A stretch of 64,000 nt of DNA, taken from contig CAJINV010000008.1 of the NCBI GenBank assembly GCA_905178155.1, positions 2,671,303 to 2,735,302 of the forward strand, read 5' to 3'. The stretch comes from Amoebophrya sp. A120. Taxonomy: Eukaryota; Protista; Dinoflagellata. A program made the position numbers and the translations under genes. Position 1 is the first letter of the stretch. Every line of letters begins with the position of its first letter. This document shows positions 1-13,466 of the stretch, piece after piece. The notes beneath the pieces were generated by a model. It saw only the letters and a program-made list of their open reading frames with translations, was not told where the DNA came from and searched no databases.

Positions 1-137
1 AGATATCTCAATCTGTCATATTGCATGGAGAACAAATAAAGCGGCTCCTGGCACTGGACCCTAAAGGGCACTGAAACAGCATGACAAACATCTGCCGCAA
101 TCTTCCATACCCAGATCGATATTTTTTGCAATGCGTA
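1..137. mobile_element. Right end of a TIR introner-like element (truncated by window edge)
   Basis: Minus strand reads G|TACGCATTGCAAAAAATATCGATCTGGGTATGGAAG...TTGTCATGC, resembling the TIR of the element at 49311. It follows a hydrophobic exon (LLVISMLLSVVFDIGQQIVVQQW). Confidence 0.55.
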
Positions 138-445
138 CCCACTGCTGCACCACGATTTGCTGGCCGATATCAAACACGACCGACAAGAGCATGGAGATCA
201 CCAGAAGCAGGTTCTGCCAATTCAGGTAAGACACGGGCGTTTTTACGGCTGCACGATCCTCGTTGCTGCTGGTGTTTCTGGAAGGACGAGCCCCGGAAGG
301 ACGAGCCTACTATCTTCTTATCGCTTTCCTCGTCATCTGCCGCGATGACTTTTTCCGCCACCGGTTTTTTATTTTCTGGCTTGACTTGTTGCGGCGCGAC
401 GCTGCCCCGCTGTAGCAAGGGCTGAGAAAGACGTGAGGCGCTCAT
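138..445 (-). CDS. 5' part of a probable membrane-protein gene running off the left edge
   Basis: MSASRLSQPLLQ... followed in another frame by SYLNWQNLLLVISMLLSVVFDIGQQ. The junction is unresolved. Confidence 0.3.
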
Positions 446-2568
446 GACAAAAAACGCGAGTGTACTCTTAGTTTTTACGGTGGAGGTGAATAATTTATTT
501 ATTGGGCTAGTAAAAAATAGATCTGAACCAGAAAAACGAAAAGTTAGCCACCGGGAAAGATAAATTAATTCTTCTACCGAAAAATTGAAATATACATATA
601 GCAACTTGTCAAGCAGATGACAAAAGACGGGACAAAGCAGCACTACAGCCTGGAAGTAGATTGCGATTTCTTTGCACTTGATGCAACTATGTGGTGACAG
701 GCAGGGAGAAGGAGACAATCACAAAGCTTTACGATGACACCAATCTTATCGCAGTGCTAAAAAGATAAAGATTCTTTATTTTTTACTGAGCCACGCACAA
801 AAAAAAAGGTGCATGCCGGAAGACGAACGACATCCACGGACACGATGAGGGCTAAGAGTTCACCAGACCACAGAGAATACGAGAACGAACAGGACCACCA
901 CCGCCACGACGAGGACACAAACAGATACAAAATTCATCGGGACGATTCAGAACGATCACGATCAGAACTGGGGCGTGAACGAAAAGCAAAAGATGAATTC
1001 GAAACAGTACATATACGATCTTCTTCAGACGATTGAAAGGCTCTGCCCCTGTGCACAGGTCTGCGCTCGGGAAGCAACGTTCTTCCTTGCGGTCAGACAA
1101 CACTGAACGGTATTAGACGAAGTGCGAGTGCAGTATCGGGAGTGCTCTTAAAAAAAATATCAACAGAACTCCAACGTCGACAGCCTTGATGATGTACACC
1201 TGGTGATAACCAGTTATAACGGCATTTCCGTCAAAAGGAGGTCAATCGAGTTCGTCTTCATCTTTGTTCATTGACTACAACTGTTAGTTATCCTACAAAG
1301 TCAAGAAGTCCCCTTATCTTTATTTTCAACAGGTGACTGCCTTGGCTCAACACAAAATTTCCGGGCGTCGATAATATCACAAATCTATCCTATCACAACC
1401 ATACCGCTTGACATTGAAATTATTATACCAAAACCAAACGCAGTTCCTTTTATATTTCAATATCAATCTAGCTGCATGGAAGATGAAGTGTGAAGGCTCC
1501 GAAGCAACACAAGTAGAGCGGACAAATTCGGCAGCACGAAACGAGTAAAATTTTGTCTAAGATAGGGAGAGCAAGTTCACTGGCCGGCAAGCAATAGGGA
1601 TAAGAAAAAATCGATTGCCTGCGGCTACAAAGAAAATCGAGTTCGCAAGCGTTCCGAATATCAAAATTGTCATGAAGTCTTCCCTCGTTAGGATCTTTTC
1701 TGCTTCATTGCACTCCTGTTTCCTTTAGCAAGTGGATGGTCTGCGATTACGCTTTTATTGAGGTTGACTCTGAGTCAGACGAGTAGAAAAGGTCTATATC
1801 GACGAGGACTAATTAACGATGCTCAAAAGTAATGTGCCATAAAGCTAGATTAATTTCATTTCTGTTCCAATTCCAAAAAAAAAAGTTCGCCGAGTACATA
1901 ATCTTAAATAATGTACGAGCTCAAGAAAGAAGGCAAGAGGCGGGGATAATTTAAAATTAAATCGCTTCGTCTTACAAGAAGTAGAAGAACGGCTGTTGTG
2001 ATGCATAGCAATAACGACTGGCGCTATAAAGGCACCTGTAACGATAGTTCGAGAAAAGTGGTTCTACCTCCTATGCACCCAGGTATGGATTTCACGCAAT
2101 CGCAACAAATTACCAGTTCGTTTCTTTTTGTCTCTATGTTCTTGAAAATCATTTTCATAGAGCCAACCATCAAATCATACAATTTCTTGCTGTTCGAGTT
2201 CACAATATTAACGAAGAGTTTCCTCTTTTCCATCACAACGAGACTTTTCTCTCAGGGTTCCCAATTTTTCGTATTCAGAGGCTACTCCGCCTGGTTTGTA
2301 GAGGGGCGCTGTTCTCTTCCTCGGTCTGATTGAAAGTTTGCGAGTTGAAGAATTCGGGATGTTTTTGATGAGAGAGTTACAACAATAAAAGCACTTGAAA
2401 GCAAACCGCCTAATTTTAAAGCTAGGGGAGCGCTGAGGCTAAGTCGTTCCTGTTGGGGAATTTCAGATCGTGAGTGCAATTTGTGCGCATGTTTTAAGTC
2501 TGGAAAATGGATCACCGGGCGGGCGATAAGCAGAAGAAGAGGAGGAGAGTAAGAACAAGCCGGGCGCT

Positions 2569-5500
2569 TCATTCTTCGGGCCGCGCTGTCTGCTGGCGAT
2601 GAACGCCCTCGCCACCGCCTTCCTGGTAGTTTGGCCTGCTCATGATCTGCGCCATGAGAAGGAGCGCAAGCCCGAGGCTTGGTTGCTCCTTCTCCTCGTC
2701 ACTTTCCGCGCCTTGGTCTCCTGATGGTGCGCTGTCACAGTTCCAGCGTGTTGAGGAGTCGAACAAGCCGGCGGACGCTACCCCTATTGCTTCATCGTCT
2801 AACTCAATGTTGTCCATTTCTTTGCTCCCCCGCGAGGAGGCCGCTTCCTTACTCCGAGTGGCCGTGGTCGTCGAAGGGGTGCGTGACGAAGGCGCACCAG
2901 CAGCCGCATGGAAAGCAGTGGCATCAGCATCTCCTTCATGTTCTTCACATGTACCGTTGGTTTCATCGTCTTGTACAGATCCACTGTTGACGTGAAAAAG
3001 CGGGACATCCGGCGTTGCCGCGGTTGGCAACGGCATCGGAACAGACGCGGTTCCACGTCCGTTCCAAGCCGGCCCGCCTCCTGAATTCAGCCTGCAGTCT
3101 CCTCCAAAAAACAACTGGCTCGTCTTCCCGACGGCCGACACATTCTGAAAGTCTAGGAAGGAGGAGCGCCTTTTCGTGTTCTTCTGGGCTGAAACTGGAT
3201 CTCGGTCGCCGACTAACGCTTTTGCAGCGGCGTTGGTTAGAGAGCTCGACCCTCCCGCGTCTTGGTTTTCTGCAGGGTTCGTTAGAATGCTCGCCCCGCT
3301 TGCAGCACCGTCTGCGTCCTTGGAAACGGGGAAATCCGCATCACCCTGGGAAGCAGGTTCACGAATTCTTTGTTCTTCGAGTAGTGCGACGGCTCGACCA
3401 GTTTCTGGCTGTGAATGTCGGTCCTCGTTGTGGTCGTCCAGCTCCTCGTGGTGGTCGTCCAGCCTCGGTTCCTCGGGGGACAGTGATGTTTCACCGTGGT
3501 ACTGGCCGGCTCTGCCTCCGTTCTCGCCGGCAAGTGACGCTGTTCCCTTGTTGTAGTCCAGGATCGCGTGGGGGTCGATAACTTCGTCGCCAAGAAAAAG
3601 ACCGTCCTGCGAACGCACCGAGGTTTTCACATTGCTGTGCTCATTCTCAGCTTCCGCGGCAGATCCGGAATCACGTTCTGCTTGTGGCAAACCAAATAGA
3701 GAAGTCGGCTGAATGCGGGAGCTAGCGTCGAGTTTCGCCTCGATATTTGCAATTCTCTTGCTGCTGTGCTGCTCCAGTATATCTCGCAGTTGCGGGCGCA
3801 GCCGAGCCGGGGTTCCCGAAGAAGACGACGTAGCGCTTGCTGGCTCGTCCGGGAACTGACCTACATCGTCCTGTTGCGTTCCGTGCTCGGAGTCCTCGGG
3901 TTCAACGACATGCGGTGCAACGCAACCAGGGTCCTCTGCTGTCTCGTCGTGTGCTAACGTAGTTGGGTTCACAATTCCACCGTGCGGAGGCTGATCCGCC
4001 GCTGCCGCAGCAGGCTCCTGTTGGTCCTCGTGTTCAAACGCATGATTGGCGGAAGGCTGTTCTGAAGACGGCTGTGTCTCTCCCTGCGAACTCGTGTGCG
4101 CCAAGGGCAACGACCCGGGCAGGAGTTCCACGCGAACGAGCAATTTCTCCAAGCGCGAGTTCATGTTGTCGTGGACGTAAATGCGTGGCGGGTCACCGCT
4201 GTAATACGCGTCGGTGTGCCATTGCTCTCGCATCGCTTCGCGCACTTCAGGACGAGAAAGATACCTTCGTAGACATTTTGATGAATGTGCAGAAAACTGA
4301 AAACATGGGAATCGTCCTATTTTATTCATCACATCTTTCTAATATTGCAATAGTCACATTTTCATATACTTACATCAAAATCAACAAAGCAACGTTTCAG
4401 TACTGGACTCTCGCATAAGTCTGCCCGTGCTGGTTAGCCAGACAGTGCAATGTGAGCACTTTCCCGTCGCGACTTGGCTCCATCGCTTCGCCGCAATCCG
4501 GCATGTCATGCCCTCGGAACATAACCTTCGTTCCGGTCGCTTTAAACCCGTTGGACAGCGCAATGTTCCTTATGAACGAAAAAAGCACCCCCTCGTCGTG
4601 CTACCTGTCCACAAAACCAATCGAAAAGCCTGAAGCTCTCATGCCTGCTCTGCTTTTGTGAACAGCAGATTCTCACGGAAAGACAGAGTAAGTTTTGCAC
4701 ATAATAAGACGGAGCTCCATAAAGACCTCATCTTCTGTTTTCTAGAAAGCTTTCGCATGCTTCATGAGCCGTGCTCAGGTAATAGAACTTCCTTTCAACA
4801 AGGAAGGTTGAAGAGAGGCTTCCGCTTCTGTTTTGATCTTTATTAATTTTCACATCCAAACAAAAATCCAGGAGATCAATAATCTTCGTACTTGAAATAT
4901 ATTTCTGGCCTCCCGTTTCTTATCAATGAAATCAGAGCTGGAACGAGAGGGCGCGGAAACTTTTTGCAGCATAGCGTCGTCAAAGTTGGGTCCGTTGTGA
5001 AACGGCACATCCCGACGCCATAACGTGTCGGCATGTGGATCGTGTTCCAAAACCTCTTCCCACGTGTTTGGAATGATTCTAAGCCGCGAAGAACCATCTT
5101 CAAAGCACGACTGTGGCGGGAACCCCCCGTGCACTGCAAAAACCTGTTTATTGAGATCAGATTGCCCGTGATTCAGAATCAGATAATCTTTATCTTATAG
5201 ATTTTGAGCAAACCGGAGGTGCCGTAAATGCTTCGTTCACAACATTCCTTGTCGACAAATCTTGCGAGGAAGTCTTTGTGGTGTATCTACTATACACGCC
5301 GCGCAATCCTCGGCCCACGGTCGCATTCATTGCACACACAGAAAGCATGCAAAGCCGAGGACCTGCGAGGCAACAACACTAAGCACAGCAAGCAGGTACA
5401 TCATGCGAACTAATACCTCGCCTTGAATCGTCACCCACAGTGGGAGTGACAACAAAAACTCTTCGTACGCGTCGCGAATCTCCGTGTCCCAGATGTTGGG

Positions 5501-6337
5501 CCGCAAAGTCCACCGACCGTGCTCGTGGTTCCCGCGTAACACTACAAATCTCTGCTCCGCGCCATATGCTGCAATACCAGCGGCGACACCACACAGCATA
5601 TCCCGCTCCTTGGCTGCTTGGGTAGGCTCTTTCGAGTCCACGATATCTCCCAGAAGGAGGAACCTGCTAAGCAGCGGGAACCTGTTTCTGCTTAAGGTAT
5701 CCGCGAGCACCTCTGCAGAGCCGTGGAGGTCGCCCATCACGATGAGTCTTTCCTCGGGCGAGCTCAACTCGAGGGACACTCTGGTAGAGTTGTAGTGTTC
5801 GCGGTTGATCCTCGTTGCCTCACGAAGAATGCTCAGCTCTTCATCTTTCGTGGGTTTGCGGAAGTACTCTGGAACGGGCGTCGTTAACTTCCCGAGGGAG
5901 CATCGCTCGTCGAAGTTCACGGTGTGATACAGTTCGTGATATCGCAGGTCCGTCAGCTTCCAAAACCACTTTTCGTAGAAGCTTCTACCCTGCACAAGTG
6001 AAGCGGTGCCGGCGGGAGTATTAAGTTCACTACTTCTCCGCCCGAAATCCGTAGAAGACCCGATTGGACTACTTGCTGTGATCGACAAATCGGTTAGAGT
6101 CAATGCTCCCCCTGCATCGTTTCCTACCGGGCCGAGCTTGTCTTCGTCAGGCACGTTTGCGCTCCCGCTCGGCACGATCGTGGAAATGCGCGCTGGGCTT
6201 TCAGATCTTGTAGTTGACGATGCCATGATGCCAGGTGGTCTCGGATCGTCCACAATGGTGGTCATGCTTTCACTGGTACTATCCCGCATTTCTGTGGCTC
6301 TCGGTAACAGAAGAAGGAATGGCAGGAGCCCCGTCAC
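2569..6337 (-). CDS. Divergent PPP-family (calcineurin-like) Ser/Thr phosphatase with long disordered C-terminus, multi-exon
   Basis: Motifs in order across exons: GDLHG, GDIVD, RGNHE, (GEVFA)VHGG joined by GT-AG intron 5144-5416, DTLW, RGH, DGKVLTL. Linkage to the low-complexity ORF 2569-4332 is inferred. Confidence 0.75.
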
Positions 6338-8333
6338 TCGTCATGGCAGCAAGTTGTTGCAAGTCCATTCCTGTACCGACGATATCCACCGCGCCAGCCG
6401 CGCGTTTATCCTGCATCTCAGCCCCCCGGTCAACGTGTGGACACTCCTCGTGTTCTACTGCTGGATTGACGAGAACGGGCACGGATGCGTCGGTGTGCGC
6501 AGCACCATCGGGATCGGCATCCGAAGCAACACAATTTTTCTGTGTGGTTCCCCGTATCTGGTCGTCGTTCACGCTGCGGTGCGTGTTTAGCACGGTGGAG
6601 AGAGGGCCGCCACTTCCACCGCCACTGACGCTGTCCCCATCGCCTTTTGCTGCGTCACTATTACCCGACAGCGAGGAAGCTTGACTCTTCCGCACAGCAT
6701 TTGGTAGCAAGCTGCTCGCGGGTGCTTCGCGATCACGTCTCGTCAGCGACATGAGAAATTCGTTTGTGATGGAATCGGCTTTCACAGAAACAGGTGATGC
6801 CGATAGGGCGGCAGCGACTGGCTGTGGTTTCCAACAACGATACATCTCCGATAAAAACTGTTCTCCGGAAGCCCAAAATTCCCGCCCGGTGCTGTAGATT
6901 TCTGATCTGGACGGGATCATTAATCTGAGGGGTGCAAACCAACTTGTGCAAGCAGCGAGCAGCACAACCAGAATGACGTACTTGTCGAACAGCACAACCA
7001 GAATGAACAAGAAGAAGTCGAGCCAGGAACTGGTCAAACTAGTACTCTCGAGATGATGCCGGGCATCGACGCGCGGTGAAACAATGCGACCAGAAAGGCC
7101 TACTTCCTCCGCTAGTATGGCTGCTCCTGCTTCGTCCTTGCGCTGATTTACACTGTCCTTAGCCGTGGTGGCATTCGCTGGCGTCGACACCATGGTTGTC
7201 CTCGCAGCCGCGAAGCTTGTTGTCGTGGCCAATGGTGTGATCGTGGTCTGCACTATTGCCGATTCCGAGCCTAAATTTTCCGAGGCCGCACCTAGAGCAG
7301 AGCTGTCAGTCCACGTGGAGCACCGGATGTCGATCTGTATAAAGAGAAGTAGAAGCAGCGAATATGCAGAGAAGTACAACGAAGTAAAAGTGGCGGCGCA
7401 TGACGCTGTCACACACTGTCTTGTTGCATGTACCCGACTGAGTAGTGGTCTGTACGCAAAACAATATGATCTTAGTATAGATAATTCATGACTTCGATAC
7501 GAAATGAGCATGACAGAGGAAGAGTCTGCTCTAACGCATATGCTTCTGGGAAGAGTCGAGCGGAAATGCATCATGCACTCAATTTGTAAAATACAAATAC
7601 TGATTTAAAAAAGATAAAACACCAACGTCAACTACGTGCTAGCTTATTCAATATAATTACAGTCATCTATAACAATAACAGGGTGAGCCCATACCTTTAA
7701 TCCAGCTTGGTTCCTGATCGTCGAAACGAAAAGTTCCGTCCCCGTCCCGTTCGATGTGGTACTCCCACAGAAATCACGGAAGCCTTCCTCAGAAGCAATC
7801 ATTGTTTGTCGATCAAATCTGCTGCTCCAAGGCTTCGCGCCAAAAACAAAAGCGGTGCCGATCGTCTCTGACACGTTGATGGCCGTCACCAATAGAATGT
7901 CCGTGTAGTTGAAACCGTGTGAATCCAGCCAGTTCCCAAATAGCTCTCGATTGATCGCAGTCTCGCCTTGCATAAATTGTTGCACTGAACGGTCATCGTA
8001 AGCGATCGCAAAAAAAGCAGAAAACTGCTGGTCCCCTGTGATCTGCTCTTCGGATACCGCATAGTACGGCACCGGAATCTTCGGCTCGGACGTGGAAATT
8101 AGCAACGTGGCCCGTGGCACGCCCGCAATTTCCTTATCGTTTTCTGGACCACCTGTCGCACCGGCTGTAATCGCCACGAAGAGAAAAATTACGTTACACA
8201 ACTGCAGCATCACACTCCGCATTCCCACGCAGTCCTCGCGATGTCCTTGACGTATGGTCGGCCACATTTTTTTCTCGCAATTGTCGCGAAGGCTCTCTTG
8301 CGGACACAGCGACGGCAGTGTGTCGGATCTCAC
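6279..8333 (-). CDS. Putative secreted/membrane protein (two ORFs), possibly the 5' part of the phosphatase gene
   Basis: Signal-peptide-like MLQLCNVIFLFVAITAGATG in 7644-8333; Thr-rich stalk and TM-like WLDFFLFILVVLFDKYVILVVLLAAC in 6279-7574. Confidence 0.45.
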
Positions 8334-9478
8334 TCTTCACGCCATCATTCTCGACACATGGACCTGGAAATGGAGAAGCTGAGGACACGACAAAATTGAC
8401 TCATAATTGCCGTCTGGAATGGAAAAGTAAAGTTATTTTTCGGTCAGAGGAGTTCTCTATCGATCCGATCTTTATTGCAACACCCTGTGAATGTGATTCA
8501 ATACTGCTCTTCCTCCTTGCTTGGGCAATCGCAGGCCAAGGCCAAGCAGCGCCCACAAACTAATACCCATCGTAAGTCGTCTTCGTGAGGGGCCACAGGA
8601 GAAAAAGAAAAATACATAAAAATGAAGTGCTGAAATCAGTTTCAGTATACAAAGAGCGTAATAAATTGTAACCGAAACGCGGGGGAACGAGAGCGGGGAC
8701 TCAAAGGCGAAGTCAGAAACAAAAGACAACAGAAACATCGACTGACGAATGACAAAAAACGACCTCGGAATTGTCCTTGCTACCCGAAAACCAGCGCTAG
8801 TTTTGTTTTGGACTTAGTTCTCTGTTCTCGGTTTCTCTCTAGCCGATGCACTCATACATACCGTTTCATTGCAGCTCCAAGAAAAAACGAGAACGAGTTG
8901 AAGACGAGACATATTTACTGACTCTGTCTCGGACCCTCAATTCTTGACTCTCATACGCGGTGGGGGAAGAGAATCTATTTGTATCTAAAGTAATCACTTA
9001 CGATTCGTGGTCCAAAAAACATCAAGTCCGTTGCCTCTATATCGGTGCCGAACGATGGGTCGACACGATGGAACATGAACGTGTGCAAAATGCAGTGCAG
9101 CGGCACCGTCAGACCTTTTTTGACGGACCTATCACCCTTCGTTGTTTCTGCTTTCTTGCAGCTTATCGATGTCTTTGTCTGGTAGTTTGTATATTTGTTC
9201 AAGAAGACACCGATGAGTGACAATCTCGGTCACGCAACATCTCTTAAGCGAAGGCGAAGCCAAATATTGAAAACACTTCTGCAAAACGAGAGCAGCGCAA
9301 GAATATCGGGAAGGACCACTTCGACTCGTTTCTTCGGAAATATCGATTTCAAGGCAGGTTCTACAACAAAGATTAAGATTACTTGCTGGAATATTAGGTG
9401 TCGTATATGTACAAAACAAGCACATCCAGTGCGTATGGCTGTTGTCGATTTCGATCGGTAGCTTTACCTTTATACAAT

Positions 9479-10310
9479 CTACGCCTCAGCTACATCTCTT
9501 CCTCTCGCTTGATGTCCGCGTTCGCGGAGGACGTTGATTAGTTTTCTCGCCTCAGGAGAGTGGCCGTCCGTCTCATCTTCCGGAGTCTTGGGCGGAACTT
9601 GAGTAGTGCTGCAGTAGAGAAACCCGATTGGGACGCCAAGGGATAGCCCAATTAGAAACACGGCTCCAATCAGGTACCAAAAGTACCTGAAGTGCAGTGG
9701 TGGCCCGGCGACTGTCTGCTGACCGTGCGCAACTGGAATCTGGGCCTGTCCTGCAATAGTAAAACCAAGCGGAACCGTATCTCGGACACGATAGCTGTGG
9801 TGATTTCGAGGAGTTTTCCACTCAAGTTCTTGATGGTGCTTTGAATTGTAGTTCGTCAACAGATATTCAAATAGAAAAGGATCAAGTGTAGCCAGTCGGA
9901 TGAGGCAGAGTCGGTGGCATGCACTAAGCGAACATGATCGATGAATGATCACAATCAGGTGAGCAAATGATCGGCCTAAACTGACACCATCCACCAAAAA
10001 GAAACACCTCTCAAAACCAAGACCCGCCAATCATCATGATCTACAGAATCAATCATAAAGAACATCAATATATGAATAAATAAATCAGAAGTAGGTACTG
10101 TGTCACTGATCGCCCAACAGACGTTGTCCCGATAATGGCTGGGTTGTTCCGCACAGCGTTAATGACAGACTGCTTCGTTGCACCATCATCCCCAGTACGG
10201 CGCTCGTACTCTTCCAAGATCGATTCCACTGACGCTCCGTGTTGGCTTAGGTCCTCTATCACATTCACAATGTGAGACGCTCGCGCAGTCTTTGCCGGGT
10301 CTACACCCAT
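9479..10310 (-). CDS. Hypothetical protein, probably spliced, one TM-like segment
   Basis: ORFs 10065-10310 and 9479-10030 look protein-like (YLIGAVFLIGLSLGVPIGFLY); no recognisable family. Confidence 0.3.
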
Positions 10311-11452
10311 CCCCGATTACTTGACCCACGAAAATTTCGTGCGCACGGGGATCAAACTAGCGGCCAGTACTACTACTACTACTACTCGATGCTCCTTGAC
10401 TTCGATGGACACGCTTCCGCGTACGACGGCTCTACAAGAGGGTGTATCTGGAAGCCGAAAGGTGGGTAGAGACGGTCGCACGAGACTCTTCTTCACCGAA
10501 AGTTGAAGTGCTAAGAAAAACAACTGGTTCGATTCCTAAGCAACAACATCGTTCAAGCTCTGTACTGAAATCATACCTTTTCCCGAACGGTAACTCAGTG
10601 CTCTTCATCAAAAAACTCTATTTGCTTTCACTGTACAAGAAGTGGAAATTAAAATCATCCTTCGACATTGCAGTGCTGCTGCGGTCACAATATTATCATT
10701 CTATTCCCTATTCTTTATTGAAAAAAGTGCCAAATGCTCGCACGCATGGCACTGAACTGTTGCCCCGAAATTTTTATATGCACTTGACCTGATTGCGGAC
10801 GAGGAGCAAGACCGAATTGCCCGCCATGCACAATACGCATCCGAAAAACGAAATCAAAGACTGATACAAAGACCGAGACAACCTACGAGATGACAATGTC
10901 AATGACACTAAATGACGACCCAACACAATAAGTACGACCCGAAATTCTGACTCATTCACTTCCTTCAAGTGTAGTTGCCAATATCATAATTAAAGAAAAC
11001 GGCGTCACGTAATAGATGCCAAGTCAAGTGCCAAAGCCGACGAGCCCATATCAAGAAAGAGACACAAGTAGAAAACGAAGGCGCGGATCCCGAAACGATC
11101 TCGAAGACCTCAGACACATCAGGAAGAATTCAAATTTTTCAACCGGCACGACCCACAGGCAGAGGCGGAGAAAACTTCTTTTTCTACGTAAAAACAATCA
11201 GCGAGCAACAGTGCCTGGATGCACAAAACACGGACAGAGCAGAGGAATCGCCTGTCTCGCAGCTGCATTGATTTCCCCGCAGGCAAGCGACTGTAGCTTG
11301 GAAGATCTCCTTGGGCTTGGTTCCAGTTCTCCCAATCCGGACGCACAGCACCACAGATTTTTCTCGTGATAGAGACCTTTTTGAAAGTCGAAGAAAATTT
11401 ATCTGGGAATCTAGAGGGCCCGCCCCTGTTAGAAGTAGCATAGAGCACCACT

Positions 11453-13466
11453 TTCCCAAAGCCCGCAAACTGCAACCGGGGAGATCTCCCCGGTTGCGGT
11501 TCTCCAAATCTGGTCGCATGGCCCAGAGTCCGCCCGTGATAGATAGTTTTTTGCAAGTCGCAGCAAGTTTAGATGGAAATCGAAAAGCTGCGCTTCTACA
11601 AGCGAAAACGCACGGCACGGCGAACCATTTGCCCAAAGCCCGCAAACTGCAACCGGGGAGATCTCCCCGGTTGCAGTTCTCCAAGTCCGGTCGCATGGTT
11701 CAGAGTCCGCCCGTGATAGAGGGTTTTTTGCAAGTCGCAGCAAGTTTAGATGGAAATCTAAAAGCTGCGCTTCTACAAGCGAAAACGCACGGCACGGCCA
11801 ACCATTTTCCCAAGCCCGCAAACTGCAACCGGGGAGATCTCCCCGGTTGCAGTTCTCCAAGTCCGGTCGCATGGTTCAGAGTCCGCCCGTGATAGAGGGT
11901 TTTTTGCAAGTCGCAGCAAGTTTAGATGGAAATCTAAAAGCTGCGCTTCTACAAGCGAAAACGCACGGCACGGCCAACCATTTTCCCAAAGCCCGCAAAC
12001 TGCAACCGGGGAGATCTCCCCGGTTGCAGTTCTCCAAGTCCGGTCGCATGGTTCAGAGTCCGCCCGTGATAGAGAGTTTTTTGCAAGTCGCAGCAAGTTT
12101 AGATTAAAATCTAAAAGCTGCGCTTCTACTAGCGAAAACGCACGGCACGGCCAACCATTTTCCCAAAGCCCGCAAACTGCAACCGGGGAGATCTCCCCGG
12201 TTGCAGTTCTCCAAGTCCGGTCGCATGGTTCAGAGTCCGCCCGTGATAGAGAGTTTTTTGCAAGTCGCAGCAAGTTTAGATTAAAATCTAAAAGCTGCGC
12301 TTCTACTAGCGAAAACGCACGGCACGGCCAACCATTTTCCCAAAGCCCGCAAACTGCAACCGGGGAGATCTCCCCGGTTGCAGTTCTCCAAGTCCGGTCG
12401 CATGGTTCAGAGTCCGCCCGTGATAGAGAGTTTTTTGCAAGTCGCAGCAAGTTTAGATTAAAATCTAAAAGCTGCGCTTCTACTAGCGAAAACGCACGGC
12501 ACGGCCAACCATTTTCCCAAAGCCCGCAAACTGCAACCGGGGAGATCTCCCCGGTTGCAGTTCTCCAAGTCCGGTCGCATGGTTCAGAGTCCGCCCGTGA
12601 TAGAGAGTTTTTTGCAAGTCGCAGCAAGTTTAGATTAAAATCTAAAAGCTGCGCTTCTACTAGCGAAAACGCACGGCACGGCCAACCATTTTCCCAAAGC
12701 CCGCAAACTGCAACCGGGGAGATCTCCCCGGTTGCAGTTCTCCAAGTCCGGTCGCATGGTTCAGAGTCCGCCCGTGATAGAGAGTTTTTTGCAAGTCGCA
12801 GCAAGTTTAGATTAAAATCTAAAAGCTGCGCTTCTACTAGCGAAAACGCACGGCACGGCCAACCATTTTCCCAAAGCCCGCAAACTGCAACCGGGGAGAT
12901 CTCCCCGGTTGCAGTTCTCCAAGTCCGGTCGCATGGTTCAGAGTCCGCCCGTGATAGAGAGTTTTTTGCAAGTCGCAGCAAGTTTAGATTAAAATCTAAA
13001 AGCTGCGCTTCTACTAGCGAAAACGCACGGCACGGCCAACCATTTTCCCAAAGCCCGCAAACTGCAACCGGGGAGATCTCCCCGGTTGCAGTTCTCCAAG
13101 TCCGGTCGCATGGTTCAGAGTCCGCCCGTGATAGAGAGTTTTTTGCAAGTCGCAGCAAGTTTAGATTAAAATCTAAAAGCTGCGCTTCTACTAGCGAAAA
13201 CGCACGGCACGGCCAACCATTTTCCCAAAGCCCGCAAACTGCAACCGGGGAGATCTCCCCGGTTGCAGTTCTCCAAGTCCGGTCGCATGGTTGAGAGTCC
13301 GCCCATGATAGAGAGTTTTTTGCAAGTCGCAGCATGTCTAGATTAAAATCTAAAAGCTGCGCTTCTACTAGCGAAAACGTCCGGCACGGCCAACCATTTT
13401 CCCAAAGCCCGCAAACTGCAGCCGGGGAGATCTCCCCGGTTGCAGTTCTCCAAGTCCGGTCGCATC
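11453..13466. repeat. 177-bp tandem satellite, ~11.5 units, each with a 34-bp palindrome
   Basis: Anchor GCCCGCAAAC recurs at 11461, 11638, 11814, 11991, 12168 ... 13407. The unit contains AACTGCAACCGGGGAGATCTCCCCGGTTGCAGTT. Degenerate copies at ~11290-11345 and ~13600-13645. Confidence 0.97.

Noticed and set aside
11773-13335. 520-aa ORF of 59-aa repeats
   Set aside because: It follows from a 3n (177-bp) unit. Units are nucleotide-identical, a 1-bp deletion near 11810 breaks the frame, and there is no credible start or unique domain.
11453-13466. CRISPR-like appearance (palindromic repeat with spacers)
   Set aside because: Inter-palindrome sequences are identical rather than unique spacers; no cas genes; eukaryotic context.
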